Source: a virus
IMG/VR virus record: IMGVR_UViG_3300045988_131485
DNA: 64,000 bases
Strand: one strand, 5' to 3'
In this document: positions 9,218 to 17,098 of the stretch, in pieces
Numbering within the stretch: position 1 is the first letter of the stretch
Layout of the letters: each line of letters opens with the position of its first letter
The notes under the pieces: model-generated
Databases searched by the model: none
What the model was told of the DNA's origin: nothing
The model's input: only the letters and a program-made list of their open reading frames with translations
Position numbers and translations under genes: made by a program

Positions 9218-11023
9218 TTAATTACAAAGTGTTACGTATTCATACCCGGAGCTATCCGAGAAAAGATCCGCCTCCAAAAGTGAAACGAAATAGTTGCCAT
9301 AAGATACTGATGTATACCGGTCTTTCCGCGCACCTGGGCGTTCCTCAATCTTAATGAGGTTGGTCTGGTTCTGCACAGTATACTCCAACCCAATCATCTC
9401 ATTGATCAACGCCACTGTCTCAAGGAAAGGACGCTCATAGAAAAGTTGGGTATCTACATCGGCAGAGACATACTCAGGATACAAGCGCTGCAATTCTTCA
9501 ACGCCCTCTTGGTTGCTTACCATGAGTTCGATCATCCGGTTATTCAAACTATCCCGCATAGAGACAGCAATTTTGCTGTTCAGCTCCAAGGACGCCTTAA
9601 CCGAGAATACCGCCTCTTTCTGGCCTGCAATTACGATACGAGCTTTCAGCTTATCATCGTTCATACACGTCCAAGGTTCGTATTCTACGTTCCGATCTAC
9701 GTCATAAAGCACTTTAGCCAAAGCGTCGTAAATAGCGACACCCGCGTTTCGTGTATCCAAAACGCAATAATCCGCCTCAAAGTCAGCGAACAGCTGCTTA
9801 ATGCGAATGGCTTGTTTTGTCGTTTCAAATTCTGCCTGCGGCTCCATATAGACTACCTGCCGACGATATCCCTGCTTGACCTCAATATGATCTCCGCTGG
9901 TATCTGAGACCTTATACTCCTTGCTCTCAGGGAGAGCACGAATGCAAGTAAATACCGAGTTATCGTTGCCGGTACCGCCCTCCGGGGCAATATCGCACGC
10001 GATAATACGGATTTCTCCTGCCTGTTTGGGAATTGTGTGCTTTGCCTTGACCTTTGACAGTACGTCCTCGTTCTTCCTTGGATAAAACGGACGTTTCAAC
10101 ACGCGGTTCTTGTTCAGCATATCGTAGGTGAAGTAAGCATGAGCATTCTCGGCCACCATCTGATTTTCATACTCAATCGTCCAGGCAACCCTATCCAGCT
10201 TCTTTCGCTCCTTCACCAAGAAGTCACGGGTTTTAATCTCGTGCTTCAAAGCGATGCTGTAATCCATACCAATCAGAACAGATTTGCCCTTGCCCAACAT
10301 ATCGCGGGTCACGAGCTTCATGTAGTCCCACATCCAGTGAGATTTGTACCATGCAGAGCTGATATAGATTTCTTTCGGTTCCTCTTTCAGTTCTTTGTAC
10401 TCGTCGGGGTACTTGATTCTGAACGGAATCTGCCGCTGGAACAGCGTAGGAGAAAGAACCGTGTCGATAATGCTTTTCACAATCATACGGAACTCTTCAT
10501 AAATGAAGACTGTAGCACGGTATCCACGCACATTCTCATTGGCAACCAATACAACAATAGAGCTTCCGTTATTAAACTTCACTTCGATATCGTTCTGGTT
10601 GTCCTTGATGGTCTTAATCTCCTGTTGAAGCAACGGAGATCTTGGCAAAATCTCTTTGGCGATTTTTTCTGATACGATCAATCTCGCCTGCTTTTTTGTC
10701 GCCGAAGCTACGACGATCAATGATCCAGGCCGCAAAATTGCTTCTTTACAGGCATAGACCGCAATGATAAATGACTTTGCCGCACTACGAGCGGCCACAA
10801 TGCAGATACTCGGAAAAATATCCATCAGATACAAAATGATGTGCTGATAGAGATACAGTGTGATTCCGAAATACCGCTGCACAAAGCGGCTGGGATTCCT
10901 TCGCCAAAACGTTATCCAATCCAATAGCTTTTTGACAAACTCAGGGTCGTTCAATTTGCTATTGGGTGAGAAATGTTCATGAACGTGTTTTTGCCGCCCA
11001 TCCATCAACGCTTCGTAATCCAT
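9218..11023 (-). CDS. terL: terminase large subunit
   Basis: 601 aa. Has an N-terminal ATPase-like segment (YQHIILYLM...IVAARSAAKS) and C-terminal nuclease-like acidic motifs. Position is upstream of the portal. Confidence 0.8.
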   Translation of the reverse strand: MDYEALMDGRQKHVHEHFSPNSKLNDPEFVKKLLDWITFWRRNPSRFVQRYFGITLYLYQHIILYLMDIFPSICIVAARSAAKSFIIAVYACKEAILRPGSLIVVASATKKQARLIVSEKIAKEILPRSPLLQQEIKTIKDNQNDIEVKFNNGSSIVVLVANENVRGYRATVFIYEEFRMIVKSIIDTVLSPTLFQRQIPFRIKYPDEYKELKEEPKEIYISSAWYKSHWMWDYMKLVTRDMLGKGKSVLIGMDYSIALKHEIKTRDFLVKERKKLDRVAWTIEYENQMVAENAHAYFTYDMLNKNRVLKRPFYPRKNEDVLSKVKAKHTIPKQAGEIRIIACDIAPEGGTGNDNSVFTCIRALPESKEYKVSDTSGDHIEVKQGYRRQVVYMEPQAEFETTKQAIRIKQLFADFEADYCVLDTRNAGVAIYDALAKVLYDVDRNVEYEPWTCMNDDKLKARIVIAGQKEAVFSVKASLELNSKIAVSMRDSLNNRMIELMVSNQEGVEELQRLYPEYVSADVDTQLFYERPFLETVALINEMIGLEYTVQNQTNLIKIEERPGARKDRYTSVSYGNYFVSLLEADLFSDSSGYEYVTLCN

Positions 11024-11026
11024 AAC

Positions 11027-12085
11027 TCACTCCTCCGAATCAGACAGGCTAAATTCCTTGTCCAGTTCCTTAGAGCCGGTCAATAGATTGCGAAGAGGTC
11101 TGGTCATGAACCGCTCAATATACTCCTTCAAATGATCGAAGTCCGCATACAGCTTCTTGTCCTTGTAATATTCAGCCGGACAAAACTCCTCGATATCTCG
11201 AATCATTTCTCCCAAAGGACTCAGCTGCTTTTCAGCCTCAGCCTTTTTCTTCCGGTCTTCGATCTCAGTAGTAGCTGCGTCAATCTGCGACTTGTAGCTA
11301 TTCGCAGCCGTACCAATGTTGGAATCCCCCTTCTGAAGCAGCTTCCGCAGGTTGAGCTTCATAAAGCAGATCGAAACGTACAGCTCCTCCTGCCGCTTAT
11401 CCATCGGCTCGCCGTATCGCTTTACCCAATCCTGATACTCGTACTGCATAGAATCGTAGTCGCCAGCATCAAAACCGACACCAAACCGGCGCACAACCTC
11501 CTCGGGCGTCTGGATGTCGTCATTTTTTGCCACATCCTCCACCGTAGGTGCGTTTTCCACATTGGCTTCCCAGCGCCGCACCAATGTATCAGAGTAGGTC
11601 GTTGCTCCGTCTACCTGGCTCAAATTCAGTCTGGAAATATAGGTACTGATCCGATTGCGACTCTTTCCATTGCGGCTCTCACTGATCTTTCGTGACGACG
11701 CCCAGATATCCAAATCAAAGTACATATCCGTGATCTGGCAAATCCGCTCTGCCGCCGCATCTTCGTCTCCGTCATAGAACTTTACGTACTGTTCGTAAAG
11801 CTCTGCAACGCAGTTCTTACAGATAGAGACAAAGCCGTTGTTGCCCTTATAAATAGGGGACTTTGAACGGCCAAAATTAGTCTCCTGTTTTTTGTACTTG
11901 TGGCCGCAGCAGGTACAGCGATATTCTTCATCGCTGATTACACGCGGCTCAACTTCGGTAGGCTTCGCATCTTTCACTACCTTTTGCGTAGCCGGTTTCA
12001 TCAGCTGTTTCTTTGCCGCCATGTCCGCGACCTCCTTTCTATATGACAAAACCTCGGAGTCTTTGGACTTCCGAGGTTTTGTCAA
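11027..12085 (-). CDS. putative terminase small subunit / DNA-binding protein
   Basis: 352-aa ORF directly upstream of terL with a CxxC...CxxC zinc-ribbon. Function is inferred from position only. Confidence 0.45.
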   Translation of the reverse strand: MTKPRKSKDSEVLSYRKEVADMAAKKQLMKPATQKVVKDAKPTEVEPRVISDEEYRCTCCGHKYKKQETNFGRSKSPIYKGNNGFVSICKNCVAELYEQYVKFYDGDEDAAAERICQITDMYFDLDIWASSRKISESRNGKSRNRISTYISRLNLSQVDGATTYSDTLVRRWEANVENAPTVEDVAKNDDIQTPEEVVRRFGVGFDAGDYDSMQYEYQDWVKRYGEPMDKRQEELYVSICFMKLNLRKLLQKGDSNIGTAANSYKSQIDAATTEIEDRKKKAEAEKQLSPLGEMIRDIEEFCPAEYYKDKKLYADFDHLKEYIERFMTRPLRNLLTGSKELDKEFSLSDSEE

Positions 12086-12101
12086 TCGTTATTATTTCTT
12101 C

Positions 12102-12177
12102 TGGTGCGCCTGAAGGGATTTGAACCCCCGACCCACGCATTAAAAGTGCGCTGCTCTCCCAACTGAGCTACAGGCGC
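12102..12177 (-). tRNA. tRNA-Lys (anticodon TTT)
   Basis: Hand-folded cloverleaf: acceptor GCGCCTG/CAGGCGC, loop CTTTTAA, T-loop GGTTCAAATCC, encoded CCA. Confidence 0.9.
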
Positions 12178-12180
12178 ATA

Positions 12181-12564
12181 TGTTGTATGAAGTGACTCCA
12201 CTCCCGGCCTCACCACACACCTTTACCTTGGATTCCGACCGCCACTCACAGCCGTGATATGTTATCTCAATCAGGCAATAATTCCGATTTGCACGGTTAC
12301 TACACTTATTTATCCTCCATTGCTGACTACCATTAGAGGGGCATACTTTCCCAGGCTCACGAAGTCCCGTTGGGGTATGCCAGCCCGCCGCACTCCTGAT
12401 CGGCTTGCCGCTTTGCTTACAGCGTTTAGGTTGGTCTATCGCGTTTTGCCTGCGCCGGACTTTCACCGGAGGGAGCGACCCCAATCTACCTGCACACGGC
12501 CAATTTTTATTTTACCGACGTGTCAGAGCCGTCACACGTCATCATAGGTAGTATCCTTACGGAC
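12181..12564 (-). other. unassigned ~385-nt non-coding spacer inside tRNA array (candidate structured RNA)
   Basis: No credible ORF on either strand. Minus-sense features include hairpin GACGTGT..ACACGTC, GGUGAAAGUCCGG, and long-range complementarity between CTCCCTCC and GGGAGTGGAG. Confidence 0.3.
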
Positions 12565-12640
12565 TGGTGGGATGAGAAGGAATCGAACCTCCGACGCGCA
12601 GGGCTTCAACCTGCCGCTCTTCCAACTGAGCTATCATCCC
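12565..12640 (-). tRNA. tRNA-Phe (GAA)
   Basis: Acceptor GGGATGA/TCATCCC, anticodon arm GCAGG-TTGAAGC-CCTGC, encoded CCA. Confidence 0.9.
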
Positions 12641-12780
12641 ATAGCGCTACGCATTTTTGTTTATCGGCATTGCACAGGACAGCGTAGCAAAGTCCACCGT
12701 CCCCTATCGCTGGAACCGCGCCGCTTTCGTACCGTTTGTCTTGGGGTCGTTAGAAAGCAGTAAATATCAACACATCCCGT

Positions 12781-12873
12781 TGGCGGCGGAAGTAGGACTC
12801 GAACCCACAAGCCGCTCATCACGACCAACAGTTTTCAAGACTGCTCCCCGCACCTACTGGGGTCAATTCCGCC
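12781..12873 (-). tRNA. tRNA-Ser (TGA), class II
   Basis: Acceptor GGCGGAA/TTCCGCC, discriminator G, loop CTTGAAA, long variable arm, encoded CCA. Confidence 0.85.
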
Positions 12874-12884
12874 ACTTGTAAAAT

Positions 12885-13067
12885 TTAGGCACACATTATT
12901 TTTTCAAGCTGATCGTACCCAACCCGAGCTGCCCATTCTGCGTGCTCAAAGAACACAACAGCCTTTCCATGATCGTCTCGAATGTATAGGCAAAGTGTTT
13001 TTGCTCCATTCACCGGGGACACATAATACATTAAAGATCCAAACGGGAACTTCATTGAATCACCCAC
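12885..13067 (-). CDS. small hypothetical protein embedded in tRNA array
   Basis: 60-aa ORF that exactly fills the tRNA-free gap. Its composition looks protein-like. Confidence 0.45.
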   Translation of the reverse strand: MGDSMKFPFGSLMYYVSPVNGAKTLCLYIRDDHGKAVVFFEHAEWAARVGYDQLEKIMCA

Positions 13068-13126
13068 TCGTCAATTTGAACCCGACCTTATTTCAGTTGC
13101 ATATCGGGTAGCAACAAATATTTGTA

Positions 13127-13213
13127 TGGTAGGGGAGGTGGGAGTCGAACCCACTCAGCTCGAAAGCAACGGTTTTACAGACCGCCCCAGCTCTCCAACT
13201 CTGGCGCTCCCCT
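13127..13213 (-). tRNA. tRNA-Tyr (GTA), class II
   Basis: Loop CTGTAAA, long variable arm, T-loop GGTTCGACTCC, encoded CCA. Confidence 0.85.
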
Positions 13214-13232
13214 ATATTTACTATTCTTATAT

Positions 13233-13308
13233 TGGTGCGGGTAGAGGGGGTTGAACCCACGACCTTCTGATTAAGAGTCAGCTGCTCTACCAACTGAGCT
13301 ATACCCGC
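13233..13308 (-). tRNA. tRNA-Lys (CTT)
   Basis: Acceptor GCGGGTA/TACCCGC, loop CTCTTAA, encoded CCA. Confidence 0.85.
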
Positions 13309-13311
13309 ATA

Positions 13312-13387
13312 TGGAGCTGGTGGACGGACTTGAACCCCCGACCTACTGATTACAAATCAGCCACTCTACCGACTGAGCTACACCAGC
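13312..13387 (-). tRNA. tRNA-Thr (TGT)
   Basis: Acceptor GCTGGTG/CACCAGC, loop TTTGTAA, encoded CCA. Confidence 0.9.
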
Positions 13388-13390
13388 ATA

Positions 13391-13466
13391 TGGAGCTGAC
13401 ACAGAGACTCGAACTCTGAACCTATTGCTTACGAAGCAACCGCTCTACCATTAGAGCTATGTCAGC
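13391..13466 (-). tRNA. tRNA-Thr (CGT)
   Basis: Acceptor GCTGACA/TGTCAGC, anticodon arm GTTGC-TTCGTAA-GCAAT, encoded CCA. Confidence 0.9.
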
Positions 13467-13467
13467 A

Positions 13468-13545
13468 TGGCAGGGGTTGAAGGACTTGAACCCTCACCTA
13501 CATCGGTTTTGGAGACCGGAGTGCTACCAATTACACCAAACCCCT
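13468..13545 (-). tRNA. tRNA-Trp (CCA)
   Basis: Acceptor AGGGGTT/AACCCCT, loop CTCCAAA, encoded CCA. Confidence 0.85.
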
Positions 13546-13552
13546 ATAAAAA

Positions 13553-13629
13553 TGGCGACGTGTACGGGACTTGAACCCGTGACCTCCGACGTGACAGGCC
13601 GGCACTCTACTCTTCTGAGCTAACACGCC
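13553..13629 (-). tRNA. tRNA-Asp (GTC)
   Basis: Anticodon arm CCGGC-CTGTCAC-GTCGG, discriminator G, encoded CCA. Confidence 0.9.
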
Positions 13630-13683
13630 ATATACAGCAACCTTATGGTTGCATTTTTATTTTGCAACCAATTTAGGTTGCTT

Positions 13684-13760
13684 TGGTGATGCGTCCGGGG
13701 ATCGAACCCGGAAATTCCACCTTGAAAGGGTGGTGACTCTACCAATTCGTCCAACGCACC
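13684..13760 (-). tRNA. tRNA-Glu (TTC)
   Basis: Anticodon arm CCACC-CTTTCAA-GGTGG, encoded CCA. Confidence 0.9.
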
Positions 13761-13764
13761 ATGT

Positions 13765-13851
13765 TGGTACTGCTAATGGGACTCGAACCCATACGGGATT
13801 TCTCCCACCAGCACCTGAAGCTGGCGTGTCTGCCTATTCCACCATAGCAGC
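13765..13851 (-). tRNA. tRNA-Leu (CAG), class II
   Basis: Anticodon arm CCAGC-TTCAGGT-GCTGG, long variable arm, encoded CCA. Confidence 0.85.
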
Positions 13852-13861
13852 ATATTTGGAT

Positions 13862-14104
13862 TTATTTGTCCCAATCAATTAAAGGGTATAGATCATAGGG
13901 CGAATCCCCAGTCGCAATTTTCTCATATCCGCCATCCACAATACGCCATAGCGTATGCTTCTTCTTTTCTGGATTTTGGCTGATCTGGTACTGCTTGCCC
14001 GACCTCGTTGTACACAGCACACCGGTACCGCACTCAGAGGCGGAAATCTTTTTAACGATTTTTGATGTTTTTTCTTTCGTTACGCCCGAATCTTTCTTCG
14101 GCAT
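13862..14104 (-). CDS. small hypothetical protein embedded in tRNA array
   Basis: 80-aa Lys-rich ORF filling a tRNA-free gap (MPKKDSGVTKEKTSK...). Confidence 0.5.
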   Translation of the reverse strand: MPKKDSGVTKEKTSKIVKKISASECGTGVLCTTRSGKQYQISQNPEKKKHTLWRIVDGGYEKIATGDSPYDLYPLIDWDK

Positions 14105-14233
14105 GATTGCACCTGCTTTATAAATTATGGCAAGGCGCTTCCAGTTGGAAGCCTTATTGCGGCAAGCAGTTCATGAGACTACTCTTTCTGTTATAACAAC
14201 TTGTGCGCACAAGCCCCTTCACAGATCCACCTC

Positions 14234-14310
14234 TGGTACTCCCAACGAGACTCGAACTCGTATTGCCGACTTGAGAGGCCGGCCTCCTATTCCAGTTAGA
14301 GGATGGGAGC
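14234..14310 (-). tRNA. tRNA-Glu (CTC)
   Basis: Anticodon arm CCGGC-CTCTCAA-GTCGG, G1-U72 wobble, encoded CCA. Confidence 0.8.
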
Positions 14311-14437
14311 ATATATAAAAATGCGGGCAAGGATTTACACCTTGCATGATAGCACCCCTTGCAGAGCAAGATACTTCCACGTCTACCTTCCCAATCGCCC
14401 ACAACGTCTACTTATTCCGCCACCGCATTTATTTTAT

Positions 14438-14528
14438 TGGCTGGGGTAGCAGGACTCGAACCTGCGGTCGAGGGTAAACCTCTTGTCGGAGTCAAAGTCC
14501 GATGCCTTACCAGCTTGGCGATACCCCA
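14438..14528 (-). tRNA. tRNA-Gln (TTG) with atypical long variable arm
   Basis: The 5' half TGGGGTATCGCCAAGCTGGTAAGGCA closely matches bacterial tRNA-Gln. Loop is CTTTGAC. A ~20-nt variable region CAAGAGGTTTACCCTCGACC can form a GAGG/CCTC stem. CCA is encoded. Confidence 0.7.
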
Positions 14529-14531
14529 ATA

Positions 14532-14605
14532 TGGAGATACCGATAGGATTTGAACCTATGATCCTGGGGTTGCAGCCCAGAGCCTTACCACTTGGCTACG
14601 GTATC
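14532..14605 (-). tRNA. tRNA-Cys (GCA)
   Basis: Anticodon arm CTGGG-CTGCAAC-CCCAG, discriminator U, encoded CCA. Confidence 0.9.
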
Positions 14606-14709
14606 ATAAGCTGACTTCAGCGGTAATGGATGTCAGCCCCATTGATTAACGCCCCACTCATAAGGCCACCGCTATTTATAATATCGTTTCGCCCAAAATG
14701 GGAGAGCTG

Positions 14710-14786
14710 TGGTGGCAGTAGCAGGACTCGAACCTGCGTCTTACGACGTATGAGGTCGTGCTGGAGCCACCTCCAGTCATACTGCC
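14710..14786 (-). tRNA. tRNA-Met-type (CAT) with unusual D-arm
   Basis: Anticodon arm ACGAC-CTCATAC-GTCGT. The D region CTGGAG-GTGG-CTCCAG forms a 6-bp stem with a 4-nt loop instead of a canonical D-arm. CCA is encoded. Confidence 0.65.
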
Positions 14787-14919
14787 ATATACGGTTTGCG
14801 TGGCTCACATCACTTGTACTTCGTGATTGCAACCCTCTCATCCCAGTGCTGGCACTGGGTCGAGTGACCATCAAAACCGAAAAAATGGTGCGGGGCTGTG
14901 ATTTAATGCAGATACGCCT

Positions 14920-15006
14920 TGGTGCCGAAGGTGGGACTTGAACCCACACGGTATCGCTACCAGAGGATTTTGAGTCCTCCGCGTCTGCCGATTCCACCAC
15001 TCCGGC
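14920..15006 (-). tRNA. tRNA-Leu (CAA), class II
   Basis: Anticodon arm GAGGA-CTCAAAA-TCCTC, long variable arm, encoded CCA. Confidence 0.85.
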
Positions 15007-15009
15007 ATA

Positions 15010-15084
15010 TGGAGCGAGTGACGGGGATCGAACCCGCATCCCCGGCTTGGAAGGCCGGTGCCCTGGCCGTTGTGCTACACCCGC
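15010..15084 (-). tRNA. tRNA-Gly (TCC)
   Basis: Anticodon arm CCGGC-CTTCCAA-GCCGG, discriminator U, encoded CCA. Confidence 0.9.
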
Positions 15085-15087
15085 ATA

Positions 15088-15163
15088 TGGTGTCCAGTGA
15101 CGGGATCGAACCGCCGACCCTTTGCTTGTAGGGCAAATGCTCTCCCAGCTGAGCTAACCGGAC
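15088..15163 (-). tRNA. tRNA-Val (TAC)
   Basis: Anticodon arm TTTGC-CCTACAA-GCAAA, encoded CCA. Confidence 0.9.
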
Positions 15164-15326
15164 AGATCGGCTTACTCACACCGTAAGCCATGGTGCCGGC
15201 TCGTACTTCGCCTGCCGGATTGCGCCGGTTTTACTCCCAAAACCTTGTAAAAGTCATCACTGCCAGATGTGAAGGTTTCTATTTCCCATTCGGTTTACAG
15301 TCTCCGCTCTGTTCGTGGGACGGGCA

Positions 15327-15401
15327 TGGTTGCGGGGGCAGGACTCGAACCTGCGACCACCAGCTTATGAGGCTGGTAAGCTACCACTGCTACACCCCGC
15401 A
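15327..15401 (-). tRNA. tRNA-Met/Ile2-type (CAT)
   Basis: Anticodon arm CCAGC-CTCATAA-GCTGG, U1-A72, encoded CCA. Met versus lysidine-Ile cannot be decided by eye. Confidence 0.8.
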
Positions 15402-15404
15402 ATA

Positions 15405-15480
15405 TGGCTGACCCGGCAGGACTCGAACCTGCGACCATCTGATTAACAGTCAGACGCTCTACCATCTGAGCTACGGGCCA
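15405..15480 (-). tRNA. tRNA-Asn (GTT)
   Basis: Loop CTGTTAA, U1-A72, discriminator G, encoded CCA. Confidence 0.9.
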
Positions 15481-15492
15481 ATATAGATCTAC

Positions 15493-15598
15493 GAGACGCA
15501 TTCTTAACGACACCACATTTGTTCGGCATATGCTTAGTTAAAGGCGATGATTTTTCTATTTCAAGTAGAATTGTTTTCAAAATTGCTGTTAGCGTCTC
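15493..15598 (-). ncRNA. free-standing helix-TAACAGCAAT element (106 nt) in tRNA precursor
   Basis: Minus sense is GAGACGC-TAACAGCAAT-(~80 nt)-AAT-GCGTCTC. The terminal 7-bp helix closes the domain. It carries the same junction sequences as the tRNA inserts at 53.4-54.9 kb. Confidence 0.55.
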
Positions 15599-15605
15599 AA
15601 AATAC

Positions 15606-15662
15606 GGAACACGGTTGTTCTTTTTCCCATAAAAAGTTTTTGAAAGTTGCTGTACGTGCCCC
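15606..15662 (-). ncRNA. free-standing helix-GTACAGCAAC element (57 nt) in tRNA precursor
   Basis: Minus sense is GGGGCAC-GTACAGCAAC-(~30 nt)-GTGTTCC. The helix includes two G-U pairs. It sits 5 nt after the upstream tRNA and 7 nt before the next element. Confidence 0.5.
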
Positions 15663-15667
15663 AAAAA

Positions 15668-15742
15668 TGGTAGAAGATGCCGGACTCGAACCGTTCTTCC
15701 TGCTCCCTGGGCAGGCGTGCTACCGTTATCACTACATCCTCT
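15668..15742 (-). tRNA. tRNA-like gene with atypical anticodon loop CCAGGGA (formal anticodon AGG, Pro)
   Basis: Good acceptor (AGAGGAT/ATCTTCT), T-loop TTCGAGT and encoded CCA. The anticodon stem CCTGC/GCAGG encloses CCAGGGA, with C at position 33 and A at 34. Confidence 0.55.
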
Positions 15743-15747
15743 ATATA

Positions 15748-16176
15748 TGGTGGAGCCGAGGGGAATCGAACCCCTGTCCGAAATCCCTACATGAATAAAA
15801 CAGTCTTACGCAATAGACAACACTTTATCAATTCGCCTCAAACTGAGACGGGCGGATCAGCAGTTGTCACTCCGCGCCCAGGGCACACCGGTTAGATGCA
15901 CCTCCACCACCTTGTTTCTTTTCACAGTGACAAGGAAAACTGCAATACTCTGACCGAATCTTCGACCTCAGATGTTTACCCGGTCAGTGGGTACATCGTT
16001 TTGGAATCCAGCCGTCATCAGGCGGCAATTCCCTTTGCTGCAAGAGCAGCGGAAAAAGCGGGATGGATCATTACAACAGTCGTATCGTTGTCATTTCATT
16101 TTTGTTTAAGCCTTGAGGCGGTCTTCTACCTGCGAGTCTTACTCTCTCAGAACCCCGTCGAACCCATTACGGCCCC
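15748..16176 (-). ncRNA. ssrA: tmRNA (transfer-messenger RNA)
   Basis: Minus-sense 5' end is GGGGCCGTAATGGGTTCGACGGGG. The 3' end is GGACAGGGGTTCGATTCCCCTCGGCTCCACCA. The acceptor has a G3-U70 pair. An internal tag frame reads ...NDNDTTVVMIHPAFSAALAAKGIAA followed by TGA TGA. Confidence 0.9.
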
Positions 16177-16380
16177 ATATGAAATTGTCAAGGTGTATCG
16201 GTTCGGGCGTAGGCGCTGCCCGACCACGTTCCCCAATCCCTGCATATTCCAGACGGCGAATCTTATCGGCGTGCGGAAGGGGAAGTCTTGCAGTTCATAG
16301 AGAAAGATATGTGCCACAGCCGTATCTCCCGCCTTGTCATCGGCATTCGGTCAAAATACCATTCCTGTGGCGAATGGGAC

Positions 16381-16456
16381 TGGTCGGGACAAAAAGGATC
16401 GAACTTTTGACCTCACGATTATCAATCGTGTGCTCTACCAACTGAGCTATATCCCG
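16381..16456 (-). tRNA. tRNA-Ile (GAT)
   Basis: Anticodon arm CACGA-TTGATAA-TCGTG, encoded CCA. Confidence 0.9.
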
Positions 16457-16593
16457 ATATTACGGCAGACGCATCTGCCGTAATAGCTGTACGTCCGAAA
16501 AACCTCGTCTGCAGCCGATAGGCTTTTGGCTGAGATAGCAGTAAAAGTAATGAGCTGAACCGCACAAACGCCAACTTAGCCAATACAGCATAG

Positions 16594-16669
16594 TGGTGGA
16601 ACCAGGGAGGATCGAACTCCCGACCCCCTGCTTGCAAGGCAGGCGCTCTCCCAGCTGAGCTATGGCCCC
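16594..16669 (-). tRNA. tRNA-Ala (TGC)
   Basis: Acceptor GGGGCCA with G3-U70, loop CTTGCAA, encoded CCA. Confidence 0.9.
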
Positions 16670-16705
16670 ATATGTCCGCCCCCTAATAAGGGGCGGCGCT
16701 GTTTT

Positions 16706-16729
16706 CATTGATTTTCTTTGTTGCTATGG
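16706..16729 (-). promoter_or_regulatory. class-B motif CATAGCAACAAAGAAAATCAATG at head of tRNA array
   Basis: Minus-strand copy of the TAGCAACAAAG(A/T)AAAT motif, 37 nt upstream of the first tRNA (Ala). Confidence 0.45.
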
Positions 16730-16796
16730 TCATATGATACCATAGGCATTTCTGGATGTCAATAGCTACAAAGAAAATTATTTTATATTTTTTGTG

Positions 16797-17087
16797 TCAC
16801 TGCTGCGAGTCTGTACCGGCGCGAACATCCTCTTTCAGGCTGTTACTGGCTCGGAACGTGGGTACCTTGCTATCGCTCGATACCCGCATCTCCCCGGTGG
16901 AGATGTTTTTGCTATTGCGGCCTTTTCTGGTTTTCACCTCAAAGGTTCCGAAACCTCTGAGCTGTACCTGTTCCCCACGAACCAGCGCGTCTCTGATGAT
17001 TTGGAGCACTTCGTCCACCACATCATTGGCCTGATTCTTGTAGTAGCCTTTCTCGCACAGAGCGGACACGATATCGGCCTTAACCAT
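16797..17087 (-). CDS. hup: HU/IHF-family DNA-binding protein
   Basis: 96 aa with GFGTFEVKTRKGRNSKNISTGE, the classic HU beta-arm signature. Confidence 0.9.
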   Translation of the reverse strand: MVKADIVSALCEKGYYKNQANDVVDEVLQIIRDALVRGEQVQLRGFGTFEVKTRKGRNSKNISTGEMRVSSDSKVPTFRASNSLKEDVRAGTDSQQ

Positions 17088-17098
17088 TGTCCCACTCC

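Noticed and set aside
12181-12564. RNase P RNA, suggested by GGUGAAAGUCCGG
   Set aside because: I could not find the conserved ACAGAA..GGCUUA region (the P4 3' strand). The complementary GGGACUU lies only about 110 nt away, which fits local pairing rather than P4. A tmRNA was also excluded because there is no tRNA-like 3' end. I left the region as unassigned.
13107-13130. Plus-strand GGGTAGCAACAAATATTTG (class-B-like) inside the minus-strand tRNA array
   Set aside because: It is a single partial copy on the opposite strand with no downstream ORF. That is insufficient to call it a site.
13630-13683. Plus-strand terminator-like hairpins (GCAACC-TTAT-GGTTGC plus a T-run) inside the minus-strand tRNA array, with a similar one at 16676-16705
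   Set aside because: There is no plus-strand transcription unit upstream. They are more likely processing or insulating hairpins of the tRNA precursor, or chance, so I did not call them terminators.
15748-16176. Alternative tmRNA tag frame NKNEMTTIRLL (TAA TGA)
   Set aside because: It is possible. However, the other frame ends in ...AALAAKGIAA plus TGA TGA, which resembles canonical Ala-Ala C-termini much better. I kept the alternative as a secondary option only.
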